A model generated the notes under the pieces. The model searched no databases. It saw only the letters and a list, made by a program, of their open reading frames with translations, and was not told where the DNA came from. Source: Macrostomum lignano (taxonomy: Eukaryota). From it: a stretch of DNA of 64,000 nt. Position 1 is the stretch's first letter; every line of letters starts with the position of its first letter. Below are positions 37,501-49,717 of the stretch, in pieces. A program made the position numbers and the translations under genes. Location: assembly GCA_002269645.1 (NCBI GenBank), contig NIVC01000085.1, positions 1 through 64,000 of the forward strand. The letters are read 5' to 3'.

Positions 37501-40500
37501 TGCTTCACTTAGAAACTGGAAGCTGTTTCTTAGAAACCCCACCAAATTAAAAGACGACTTCGCAGAAATCCCACTAATCTGAGCTGATTGTTTAGAAATC
37601 CCAATAATCTGAGCTGGTTTCTTAGAAATCCCACTAATCTGAGCTGATTTCTTAGAAATCCAAATAATCTGAGCTGATTTCTTTGAAAAACTACTAATCT
37701 GAGCTGATTGTTTAGAAATCCCAATAATCTGAGCTGGTTTCTTAGAAATCCCACTAATCTGAGCTGATTTCTTAGAAATCCAAATAATCTGAGCTGATTT
37801 CTTTGAAAAACTACTAATCTGAGCTGATTGTTTAGAAATCCCAATAATCTGAGCTGGTTTCTTAGAAATCCCACTAATCTGAGCTGATTTCTTAGAAATC
37901 CAAATAATCTGAGCTGATTTCTTTGAAAAATTACTAATCTGAGCTGATTGTTTAGAAATCCCAATAATCTGAGCTGGTTTCTTAGAAACCCAACTAATCT
38001 GAGCTGATTTCTTAGAAAAAATACTAATCTGAGCTGATTTCTTAGAAATCCCACTAATCTGAGCAGATTTCTTAGAAATGCCACTAATCTGAGCTGATTT
38101 TTTAGAAATGCCACTAATCTGAGCTGGTTTCTTAGAAATTCCAATAATCTGAGCTGATTGCTCACGAACTGAATGCGATTTCTTAGAAAATTGTACCAAC
38201 TGGAAGCGATTTCTTGGAAATATCACCAACTGGGATCGATTTCTTGGAAATCTAACCAACTGGAAGCACTTTCTTGGAAATCTAACCAACTGAAAGCGAT
38301 TTCTTAGAAATCTAACCAACTGGGATCGATTTCTTGGAAATCTAACCAACTGGAAGCGATTTCTTAGAAATTACAACAACTGGAAGCGATTTCTTAGAAA
38401 TATCACCAACTGGAAGCGATTACTTAGAAAATATCACCAAATTAAAGAACCGATTTCTCAGAAATCCTTCCAACTTGAGGTGGTTTCTTAGAAACGTCCA
38501 CGCAGCGAAAGTAACGAAGACATTTCTAAGAAATCTCACCAACTGAAAGCGATTTCTTAGAAAATCTTACCAACTGGGATCGATTTCTTGGAGAATGTAC
38601 CAACCCGAAGCGATTTCTTGGAAATATCACCAACTGGAATCTATTTCTTGGAAATCTAACCAACTGGGATCGATTTCTTGGAAATATCACCAACTGGGAT
38701 CGATTTCTTGGAAATCTAACCAACTGGAAGCGATTTCTTAGAAATTACACCAACTGGAAGCGATTTCTGAGAAAATATCACCAACTGGGATCGATTTCTT
38801 GGAAAATATTAACAACTGGAAGTGCGGGGCTGACCTCCGGGCCTTCCCACCTCACCTGCTGCAGCAGCACGTGATTTTCTCCTTCGTAGGTGCAGGACGC
38901 GTCAAAATCGTTGCGCAACTGTCCCAGCCGTCCCGCAGCCAGATAGCCGTGACCCCCGCAGGCCTCCCTCGCCTCCTGCAGGGCGGACATGCAGGCCCAC
39001 GACACGGCCGGCTTCAACGCCGAGGACAGAGCGTGCAGCTCCCGACCGGCGCTGGCCGCAGACGGGGATTTGGGATCTGTCAGGCGCAGCGCGACGTAGT
39101 CGGCGAACAGAGAGTCGGTCATGTGGGTCCAGGCGTAGGCAGCGGCCAGGTGAGGGAAGAGGCGCTGCTGCTGCATCGAATACTCCAGGACTGGCCGCTC
39201 TGGGGCTGCCGGATTCTGCGGCTGCTGAGCAGCTGGTGATGAAGATGAGGACAGGCCGAGCCGCTGGTTGTCATGGCTGGCTGATGATGAAGACGAGATG
39301 CTGGAGGGCTGTCGCTGCGATTTTCTGTTTTTTTTGTTTTTTAAGTAAAGAAGTGGCACGACTCTCTGGAAATCTTGCAATCCAAAAACTTAAACAAAAC
39401 TTTATATTGGCAAGATCTCACACTCCCACTGAGATCTCACACTCCTAACTGAGATCTCATCCTCCCAATTGAGATCTCACCCTCTCAGCTGAGAACTCAC
39501 CCTCTCAACTGAGATCTTACCGTGCCAATTGAGATCTCTACCACCAAAATGATATTTCAGCTTCCCAACAGAGATCTCTACCTCCAAAATGAGATCTCAC
39601 CATCCCAACTGAGATCTCTACCTCCAAAATGAGATCTCACCATCCCAACTGAGATCTCACCCGCCATAGTCGTAGGCGTCTTCGCAGAACTGCTTCCGAG
39701 AGGCCGAGTACCGGATAGCGATAACCGTTGCCATGGACAGACCGGAGGCTGCCATGCCGACAATGCCGACCCTGCCGCCGCTCAGGGCGCCCAGAGTAGC
39801 GCCTAGACGTTTAGAAGCGTCCCTATAAGGACTGACGTACTCGCCGGAGTCCGTGACGTCTCCGGTCCGGTTGAGCAGACAGGACTTGTCAATGCGATAG
39901 CCGTTGAAGGCCACAAATCCGTTGTCGACTCCGTTGAAGCCGATTTTGGCGCCCATATCTCCGACAATAACTCCAGGATAGGGCAGCATTGTGCTCGGGC
40001 TTCTGACTGGCACGGCGAACGCGTGAAGTCCGTGGTTCGAACCGTCGGGCGTGATTAGTTGAGCATAGACCAGAGCGTGAGTAGCTGACTGGCCCAGGTT
40101 GCCTGCGTTGCGGGCAATACAGCAGTAAGCAGTAGGGATTTTGAAAAACCGATATGTATCGAAAGTATATAAAACCTCGAAGCCAGACTCTAATCGCCAA
40201 AGACCGTGCGGGTGCTCGTGCACGAAAATTTACTCTTGTGGCTTGTCGAGCTAATCTCCTTCATTGAGGAGAAGGCATAACAGTGTGTACATGTAAAGCA
40301 GGCCCTGGAGGAGCTTGGCGACTACATAGTCAACTAGCCCCCAAAGGGGGCTAAATCAACTAGTCCTATATACTAAGAATAGGACTTCTTGAACTTTAGG
40401 TAAGTAAAATACTTCCAATTTTCTGATTTTTCTGAAATTTGCGCCACAGTCTTAGAGGCTGTCCAAAATGATAATAAAGCAAAAAACTGCAAAAATTACC

Positions 40501-43022
40501 TTCAGAAGTAACAGGAGCTTCGGAAGACTGAAAACTTGTATGTTTAAAAATTGAACTTTTTTTAGAATCATACCTTTCAAATGTAAAAATTTTAGAAACA
40601 TGACAAGGCGTCATGTAAAAAATAAAAGAAGCTTCATGTCGAAGTTAAAAAATTAATTTGGAAATTCCTACGATGTCGAGGCTTGTAGGGAATCGCTATA
40701 ATGCTGTCGTGCTATAATGACTCTTGGGGGGAATTACTTAAATGTCAATGCTTTAGGGTAATGTTTAGGGTTGAGGTTAGAAAGTTAAGAGATTTTTTCA
40801 AGATTTCAAGGCTTATGGAGGGCATCGCTGAGATGTCAAGGGGGGAGTTGATATGTTGAGGCCTGTGGGGAAAATTGCTGACATGTCAAGGCTTACAAGG
40901 GACTGCTGAGGTATATTGCAAAGAGACGCTACATGTAGTTTATTAAAACAAATTGTACTGCATTTTTTGGCTCCCCAACCGGGGGCGCTGATTGCTAGTG
41001 TTTACCTATACTTATTTCGACTAATCTGCGTTGTCTCCATTCTGAAGGTAACTACAGCTGCTGGTATCAATTAGTTTTTATAGGATTATAGTTTTTCCCA
41101 CCCTAGGACCCCCCTCAGTCTCCGAATTTATGAACCTAATCTACAATAGACCTCCATGCGCCTCTATTGAAGTTTAGGTACGTAAAATGAATCCCCATAA
41201 AGATTCTCCCCACCCTAAAACCTTCCATTCCCCATGCCCCGGTTGTTGGCTTTAAGCTACAAAAAAATGAAGCTCAAATTTGAAATCAGCAACATCAAAA
41301 CCCCTACGGAGACAAAATTATGATCCTATTGAAACTGCAACTAAGATGAAGAATGGTTTGTTTTTGTCTAAGTAGATAGGCATGTGACTGATTTTTAGAA
41401 ATCTATGACACTAAACTCACCAACCCAAATCTTCATAGCCTCCAAATCGGGAGTGTTGAGCACAAACTCTTTAGTCTGAGGATCGTACCGGGCTTCAGTT
41501 CGCATCGCCCTAGCATTGCTACCGTGCGACAGTTCGGTCAGAGCGAAACAACCGAACAGCTCGAAATTCCTTGCTCGCTCAAAATAGTCCTGGTGACTCT
41601 TGCCCATAGACATGACGCTGGAGCCAAACATGGTGACAGTGAGGGAGTACTTGGCTAGCAGAGACTTATCGTACATGAGAACGGCCTGGTTGAAGTGACT
41701 CAACAGCTGGGGATTGGACAGCAGATCTTCGTCGGTCAAAAAAGTGTACTCAAATAGTCGCTTGCACTGCAGGTAGGTTCGCTTGCGCACCTCTTGAAGG
41801 GCTAGGGGCCGCTGACTGTGCGCGAACACGGGGTCGGACTCCATTGTGCGCCACACTGTCAACTGCAGAGAAAATGTAAGAGTCTAATGTCTACTGTCTA
41901 AGTATCTCAGGGTGAGGCCAACCTATTAGAAAGGTGAAAGTCTAAAAAGATCGACAAGAAGAATCTTAAAGTCGAATATAATCTCAGGACAAGAAAGTTC
42001 CAAGAGAATCAGAGAATGCGAGGCCAAGAGAATCTGAGGGTGAGAGTCCAAGAGAATCTCAGGGTGACAGTCCAAGAGAATCCCAGGGTGAGAGTCCAAG
42101 AGAACCTCAGGGTGAGAGTCCAAGAGAATCTCAGGGTGAGAGTCCAAGAGAACCTCAGGGTGAGAGTCCAAGAGAATCCCAGGGTGAGAGTCCGAGAGAA
42201 CCCCAGGGTGAGAGTCCAAGAGAATCTCAGGGTGAGAGTCCAAGAGAATCTCAGGGTGAGAGTCCAAGAGAACCTCAGGGTGAGAGTCCAAGAGAATCCC
42301 AGGGTGAGAGTCCGAGAGAACCCCAGGGTGAGAGTCCAAGAGAATCTAAGGGTGAGAGTCTAAGAAAATCTAAGGGTTATAGTCCCAAGAGAATCTCAGG
42401 GTTATAGTCCCAAGATAATCTCGGGGTGAGAGTCCAAGAGAATCTCAGGGTGAGAGTCCAAGAGAACCTCAGGGTGAGAGTCCAAGAGAATCCCAGGGTG
42501 AGAGTCCGAGAGAACCCCAGGGTGAGAGTCCAAGAGAATCTAAGGGTGAGAGTCTAAGAAAATCTAAGGGTTATAGTCCCAAGAGAATCTCAGGGTTATA
42601 GTCCCAAGATAATCTCGGGGTGAGAGTCCAAGAGAATCTCAGGGTGAGAGTCCAAGAGAACCTCAGGGTGAGGGTCCAAGAGAATCCCAGGGTGAGAGTC
42701 CGAGAGAACCCCAGGGTGAGAGTCCAAGAGAATCTAAGGGTGAAAGTCTAAGAAAATCTAAGGGTTATAGTCCCAAGATAATCTCGGGGTGAGAGTCCAA
42801 GAGAATCTCAGGGTGAGAGTCCAAGAGAATCTAAGGGTGAGAGTCCAGTAGAATTGTCATCGCCGCGGGCAGTCTCACCCGAACCCGCAATCCGTTTTCT
42901 CCAAACAGCAGACGGGCCATCCGTCTCCAGTCGAAGGAGGCCCGCCTGCGAAACGGCTCCAGCGGACCAGATGGAAAGTCGGGCAGCCATCGACGAAGAT
43001 CATCACTATCGATTGAAGACAT
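34546..43022 (-). CDS. ACOX3: Peroxisomal acyl-CoA oxidase, ACOX3 (pristanoyl-CoA oxidase)-like. Exons 43022-42879, 41862-41421, 40102-39661, about 39300-38856, 37349-36702, 34665-34546; about 746 aa
   Basis: Motifs [74 protein letters not shown], catalytic TYEGEN.VLLQQ, LVDAIAP.DFVL.S.LG.DG, FERPEWW. The C-terminus -ARL fits PTS1. Splice phases are consistent; the exon 4 acceptor is uncertain. Confidence 0.92.
34680..35790. repeat. 21-bp minisatellite GGGAATGATAAAATGAGGGGA (ACOX intron 5, acceptor side)
   Basis: About 52 purine-rich units, pyrimidine-rich on the gene sense strand. Confidence 0.96.
36290..36665. repeat. About 29-bp minisatellite CAGAATTCAAATCCCATTTC(C/T)AGAATCC (ACOX intron 5, donor side)
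   Basis: About 11 tandem units next to the exon 5 donor. Confidence 0.93.
37560..38820. repeat. Two related 30-bp minisatellites (AATCTGAGCTGATTTCTTAGAAATCCCACT then AACCAACTGGAAGCGATTTCTTGGAAATCT) in ACOX intron 4
   Basis: Tandem 30-bp units sharing a GATTTCTT(A/G)GAAAT core. Confidence 0.93.
39405..39660. repeat. 20-bp minisatellite (GTGAGATCTCAGTTGGGATG on the - strand) in ACOX intron 3
   Basis: About 12 units; the first unit begins at the intron donor GT. Confidence 0.9.
40660..40915. repeat. Degenerate ~30-bp repeat in ACOX intron 2, inverted relative of the 18-21 kb satellite
   Basis: GGGGAAAATTGCTGACATGTCAAGGCTTAC (about 40867) versus the reverse complement of a satellite unit, GGGGAATTGCTGAGATGCTAAGTCTTAC. 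Confidence 0.6.
42000..42846. repeat. 24-bp minisatellite GAGAATCTCAGGGTGAGAGTCCAA in ACOX intron 1
   Basis: About 35 tandem units filling most of the intron. Confidence 0.96.
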
Positions 43023-43129
43023 CGCGGCTGATGTAATAAATGTAGCTGGGTTCTGCGATTCAGTTGTCAAAATTCTTTAATTAGTTTATCTACCTGATGG
43101 AGTTAATCATTCTACCCGTTTTGATGTTA

Positions 43130-44061
43130 TCGATCTATCAAGTATCAATCAATATCAATCTATCAATAAGCTTTCATCAATCTATCAATAAACACTCATC
43201 AATCTATCAATAAACACTCATCAATCTATCAATAAACACTCATCAATCTATCAATAAACACTCATCAATCTATCAACAAACACTCATCAATCTATCAATA
43301 AACACTCATCAATCTATCAACAAACACTCATCAATCTTTTAACAAACACTCATCAATCTATCAATAAACACTCATCAATCTTTTAACAAACACTCATCAA
43401 TCTATCAATAAACACTTATCAATCTGTCAATAAACACTCATCAATCTATCAATAAACACTCATCAATCTATCAATAAACACTCATCAATCCATCAATAAA
43501 CACTTATCAATCTATCAAAAAGCACTCATCAATCTATCAATAAACACTCATCAATCTATCAATAAACACTCATCAATCTATCAATAAACACTCATCAATC
43601 TATCAATAAACACTCATCAATCTATCAATAAACACTCATCAATCTATCAATAAACACTCATCAATCTATCAATAAACACTCATCAATCTATCAATAAACA
43701 CTCATCAATCTATCAATAAACACTCATCAATCTATCAATAAACACTCATCAATCTATCAATAAACACTCATCAATCTATCAATAAACACTCATCAATCTA
43801 TCAATAAGCACTCATCAATCTATCAATAAACACTCATCAATCTATCAATAAACACTCATCAATCTATCAATAAGCACTCATCAATCTATCAATAAGCACT
43901 CATCAATCTATCAATAAACACTCATCAACCTATCAATAAACACTCATCAATCTATCAATAAACACTCATCAATCTATCAATAAACACTCATCAATCTATC
44001 AATAAACACTCATCAATCTATCAATAAACACTCATCAATCTATCAATAAACACTCATCAAT
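43130..44061. repeat. 22-bp minisatellite ATCAATCTATCAATAAACACTC upstream of ACOX
   Basis: About 41 tandem units. Confidence 0.96.
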
Positions 44062-44989
44062 CCCACCGTTTTCAGCAGCCTTTTCAACAAGCCAAACTAA
44101 GAAAATCCTACAGTAAAAGTGCAATTCAGGCTAGGAAAAATCAAATAACTAAAAGCTGCAATCAAGACAGCCGCAAACTGATTTCAACTACCCAATATTG
44201 CGCAGCGCAATAATTATTAGAGACCAGCTTACAGCTGCTCAAAATTGTATTTGCGTCAGTAATAAATATTAATAAACATAATTACGAGTCGAATTAACAA
44301 AACGCAAATTACGAAAGATGAAAACAACAGGCAGGTGTAGACATATATAATGCATTATATAATTCCATTATATGATAAAATGAATATTTAGTTACTTTAT
44401 AGTTGTTTTGTATCAACAAAATGAACTAATTTGAGAGAAAAAAACAGTATTTTGCTAATTACACGCAAATTCCATGAACTTAATAATAGACTGAATGCGC
44501 TACTTATACTACTTACTTACAGTAAGTAGACAGAAGCGAGTATTATTGCTTAAAATTGTGCCATCTTCACGTGGACAAAAAAACACAAAACTAGGTTAAA
44601 AAGTGCAGAAAGTCGGTCAGACAGACGAATGTACTAAAAGCAGTTTATAGCAGAAGCAGGAAAAGCAAAGCAAACAAAAGCAAATAATCAGCGCCGGAGC
44701 ATAGCAGCAGGTGAGTGCCTGGCATTAAGAGAAAAGGGACAAAAAACGGCAACAAATGAACAGGACCAGCAATGAACTAATATTTCTCAGGCTAAAATTA
44801 AAATAAATTATGCGACTTAAAACAAAGAAGAAACTGGTGCTATTTTAAATTTGCCTACGTCAATTTCTTCAAGATAATCTACTAGATTGGCAAATTTTCC
44901 TAGGAAGGATATCTATACATAGACTGGAAGTTAGACTTGAAAAACTATTTAATAATCTACTCGTACATTAGATATGAACCTTGATGTCT

Positions 44990-45467
44990 ATCCTTGAGAA
45001 TCTACACATAAAGATAGACATCTACCCTGAGAATCTAGACATGAAGATAGATATCTATCCTGAGAATCTAGACATGAAGATAGATATCTATCCTGAGAAT
45101 CTAGACATGAAGATAGATATCTATCCTGAGAATCTAGACATGAAGATAGATATCTATCCTGAGAATCTAGACATGAAGATAGATATCTATCCTGAGAATC
45201 TAGACATGAAGATAGATATCTATCCTGAGAATCTAGACATGAAGATAGATATCTATCCTGAGAATCTAGACATGAAGATAGACATCAATCTTGAGAATCT
45301 AGACATGAAGATAGACATCAATCTTGAGAATCCAGACATGAAGATAGACATCAATCTTGAGAATCTAGACATGAAGATAGACATCAATCTTGAGAATCTA
45401 GACATGAAGATAGACATCAATCTTGAGAATCTAGACATGAAGATAGACATCAATCTTGAGAATCTAG
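44990..45467. repeat. 33-bp minisatellite GAGAATCTAGACATGAAGATAGA(T/C)ATC(TATCC/AATCT)T
   Basis: About 14 units; explains ORF 44981-45523 (MKIDIYPENLD repeats). Confidence 0.95.
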
Positions 45468-46086
45468 CCAAGGATGCTTATAACTGTGCTTATAAAATTT
45501 TCCTCGACTTGGACTTTCCATAGGTACTAGAAAGCTAAAAACATACAGCTTCGATAAACATGGCATGAGTTTATTGCATATGATAAAAACAGGATGGCGG
45601 ACAAAGGAAAGTTTTACAAACAGACTGTTCGCAAAAAAGTACAGACAATAGAACCAATAACAATACTTACTTCACATTATACGAAGCTTATTTTGTCAGT
45701 CTTTTTCTTCCTAAAAAACAAATAAATCGAATAAAACTCGTTACTCGCCTACTAGCCCCAGTAGCTGCAGTAGGATGCGCGAGTAAAATTAAAAATAAAT
45801 GAAAACAAAGAAAAGAATACACGTAGACGAACATAAGCAAAGTAGTAGATTATCGATGGCCAAGTTAACAAGGAACAACAAGAAGCAACGTCTAATGTGA
45901 GACATTATATAGGTGAAACAATACTTAATTACAATTGCAAAGTTCTTCTTCTTGTAGATCACTTTTCTTTTAAAAAAACATGCACACACAAACAGATGGC
46001 CGTCTCTTACTGAGTAGTTATCAAATAAGCTGCGAATTAGTAATCAAATTGATTTATAGCATATAATAAATAGTTATGAAGAATTG

Positions 46087-49000
46087 TTATTGCATAGAGC
46101 CGGCCCCATCTGAGCAGGGGGTGCGGTACAGCAGGTAATCCTTGATGCTGTTAGGTAGCGGCAGCTTGTTAATCTCTGGTAGCAACTGCGCTTGAGTACT
46201 ACCAGCGTTGCTAGGGCCGTTGCTAGGGGCGCTGTTGCCATGACGACTTGCTGCAGCAGCGGCGGCGGCGGCGGCGGCGGCTGCCCGACGCTGGAAGTGC
46301 TTGCGAATGACGGACCGGCAGAGCACCATTAGAGGCAGCGGCTCCGCTGCAGGGCGAGGGAGGGGGATATTAAAGATGAGGCATTTACGGAGACTGTGTT
46401 AGACACATGGAGCTGAGAAGTTCAGCATGTCTATTTGCTGGATTAGACTAGAGATAAGACTGCTGAGAGAGTAGATACTTAGCCTAGGGATTCAAGTGAT
46501 AGAAAAGGGAGAGAGAACGGAGAATACATCATAGGATCATGAAGAATAGATCATAGGATCATGAAGAATAGATCATAGGATCATGAAGAATAGATCATAG
46601 GATCAAAAAGAATAGATAATAGGATCATGAAGAATAGATCATAGGATCATGAAGAATAGATCATAGGATCAAAAAGAATAGATCATAGGACCATGAAGAA
46701 CAGATCATAGGATGATGAAGAATAGATAATAGGATCAAAAAGAATAGATCATAGGATCATGAAGAATAGATCATAGGATCATGAAGAATAGATCATAGGA
46801 TCATGAAGAATAGATCATAGGATCAAAAAGAATAGATCATAGGACCATGAAGAACAGATCATAGGATGATGAAGAACAGATCATAGGATCATAAAGAATA
46901 GATAATAGGATCATGAAGAATAGATCATAGGATCATGAAGAATAGATCATAGGATCAAAAAGAATAGATAATAGGATCATGAAGAATAGATCATAGGATC
47001 ATGAAGAATAGATCATAGGATCATAAAGAATAGATCATAGGATCATGAAGAATAGATCATAGGATCATGAAGAATAGATCATAGGATCATGAAGAATAGA
47101 TCATAGGATCAAAAAGAATAGATAATAGGATCAAAAAGAATAGATCATAGGATCATGAAGAATAGATCATAGGATGATGAAGAATAGATCATAGGATCAA
47201 AAAGAATAGATCATAGGATCAAAAAGAATAGATAATAGGATCATGAAGAATAGATCATAGGATGATGAAGAATAGATCATAGGATGATGAAGAATAGATC
47301 ATAGGATCAAAAAGAATAGATCATAGGATCAAAAAGAATAGATAATAGGATCATGAAGAATAGATCATAGGATGATGAAGAATAGATCATAGGATCATGA
47401 AGAATAGATAATAGGATCAAAAAGAATAGATCATAGGACCATGAAGAACAGATCATAGGATGATGAAGAATAGATCATAGGACCATGAAGAACAGATCAT
47501 AGGATGATGAAGAATAGATCATAGGATCAAAAAGAATAGATAATAGGATCAAAAAGAATAGATCATAGGATCATGAAGAATAGATCATAGGATCATGAAG
47601 AATAGATCATAGGATCATGAAGAATAGATCATAGGATCAAAAAGAATAGATCATAGGACCATGAAGAACAGATCATAGGATGATGAAGAACAGATCATAG
47701 GATCATAAAGAATAGATAATAGGATCATGAAGAATAGATCATAGGATCATGAAGAATAGATCATAGGATCAAAAAGAATAGATAATAGGATCAAAAAGAA
47801 TAGATAATAGGATCAAAAAGAATAGATCATAGGACCATGAAGAACAGATCATAGGATGATGAAGAATAGATCATAGGATCAAAAAGAATAGATAATAGGA
47901 TCAAAAAGAATAGATCATAGGACCATGAAGAACAGATCATAGGATGATGAAGAACAGATCATAGGATCATAAAGAATAGATCATAGGATCATGAAGAATA
48001 GATCATAGGATCAAAAAGAATAGATCATAGGATCAAAAAGAATAGATAATAGGATCAAAAAGAATAGATCATAGGACCATGAAGAACAGATCATAGGACC
48101 ATGAAGAACAGATCATAGGATCATGAAGAATAGATCATAGGATCAAAAAGAATAGATCATAGGATCAAAAAGAATAGATCATAGGACCATGAAGAACAGA
48201 TCATAGGATGATGAAGAACAGATCATAGGATCATAAAGAATAGATAATAGGATCATGAAGAATAGATCATAGGATCATGAAGAATAGATCATAGGATCAA
48301 AAAGAATAGATCATAGGATCAAAAAGAATAGATAATAGGATCAAAAAGAATAGATCATAGGATCAAAAAGAATAGATCATAGGATCAAAAAGAATAGATC
48401 ATAGGACCATGAAGAACAGATCATAGGATGATGAAGAATAGATCATAGGATGATGAAGAACAGATCATAGGATCATGAAGAATACATCATAGGATTATGA
48501 AGAACAGATCATAGGATCATGAAGAATACATCATAGGATTATGAAGAACAGATCATAGGATCATGAAGAATACATCATAGGATTATGAAGAATAGATCAT
48601 AGGATCATGAAAAACAGACCATAGGATCATGAAGAATAGATCATATGATCATGAAGAATAGACCATAGGACCATGAAGAATAGATCATATGATCATGAAG
48701 AATAGACCATAGGACCATGAAGAATAGATCATAGGATCATGAAGAGAGATCATAGGATCACCTAGAACAGAGCATAGACTCACGCTCTAATCCATTCAAA
48801 TAACGCAGCGTTATCTCGCAGTGGCCCCATACGGCGCTAACGCTGGGATAAAGCACTCGGCCTTTCAATCCGCGAAACGCGATACCCATGAACTGGCCTT
48901 CAACAACGAAGCTCAGCGTGCCTTCATCCATGTCTAACACAAGCAGGAAGCTGTCCGGCACTGGGAAATTCTCCTCGCTAGAGCTGACTGCGCCGCTACT

Positions 49001-49717
49001 CCAAGTAGGTGCGCACATCGTAGCCGGATAAGGAGTCCTACGACCATCGTGCAGGGCTCGATTTCGGCCCAGATCCCAGCCCCAGGAATCCGGATTGGAT
49101 CCGACCAGGGACTGATAACCGACGCAATGCAAAGGACAGTTAGCGGTGGCCACGCCAACCACAGCGTGTGTGCCGCGCTGCTTGCGAGACCAGTGAATCT
49201 GCCACACGTGCAGGCCGCGCGAGTAGCCTCGGGCACCCCGAATGCAGTCGGTGCTCTGCGCCACCGGCTGGCGGTGCAGAGTAAGACAGTCGTCCTCCTT
49301 GACGAAGATGTTCAACGAACGATCGTTGGGATTCCAGGCGTTCTCAACTGCCACCTGATGCGGGCACTGCGGCATGTCTAGCAGCAGGTCCAGTCTAGCC
49401 GGTTTCTCACAGTCCGGACTCAGCAGATTCTGCGAATTATTGTTGAATGGCAGCACAGAGGAGCCGCCTGCGCTGCTGCTGCCGCCGTCGCTGCTTACGT
49501 TGGAGCCGCCTCCGATGTTGCTGTTGCTATTGGAAACGTGCTGCATCAGTAGCTGATGATGCTGGTGACGGAGCTGGGCCTGCTGCTGCTGCTGCTGACT
49601 GCTATTATAGACTAAGTCTGCTACTTGCTGATGCGGCAAAACATTTTGTTGTTGCTGTTGCTGCTGCTGCTGCTGCTGTGGCCCAGAGTGCAGTCCTGTG
49701 ACTAAACGCTGGCCCAT
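46087..49717 (-). CDS. SPSB1: SPRY domain-containing SOCS box protein (SPSB1/SPSB4/gustavus type). Exons 49717-48784 and 46346-46087; about 397 aa
   Basis: N-terminal MGQ start. Conserved [54 protein letters not shown]...[50 protein letters not shown]. Junction GAG C|GTGAGT...CTGCAG|CG gives [13 protein letters not shown] (BC box), ending [13 protein letters not shown]. An alternative in-frame ATG is at 49735. Orthology among SPSB1/4 is not resolved. Confidence 0.92.
46530..48760. repeat. 22-bp minisatellite GATCATAGGATCATGAAGAATA filling the SPSB intron
   Basis: About 100 units occupying about 2.2 kb of the 2.4-kb intron. Confidence 0.97.

Noticed and set aside
44981-45523. 180-aa ORF of MKIDIYPENLD repeats
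   Set aside because: A 33-bp minisatellite with no unique domain, signal or splice support.
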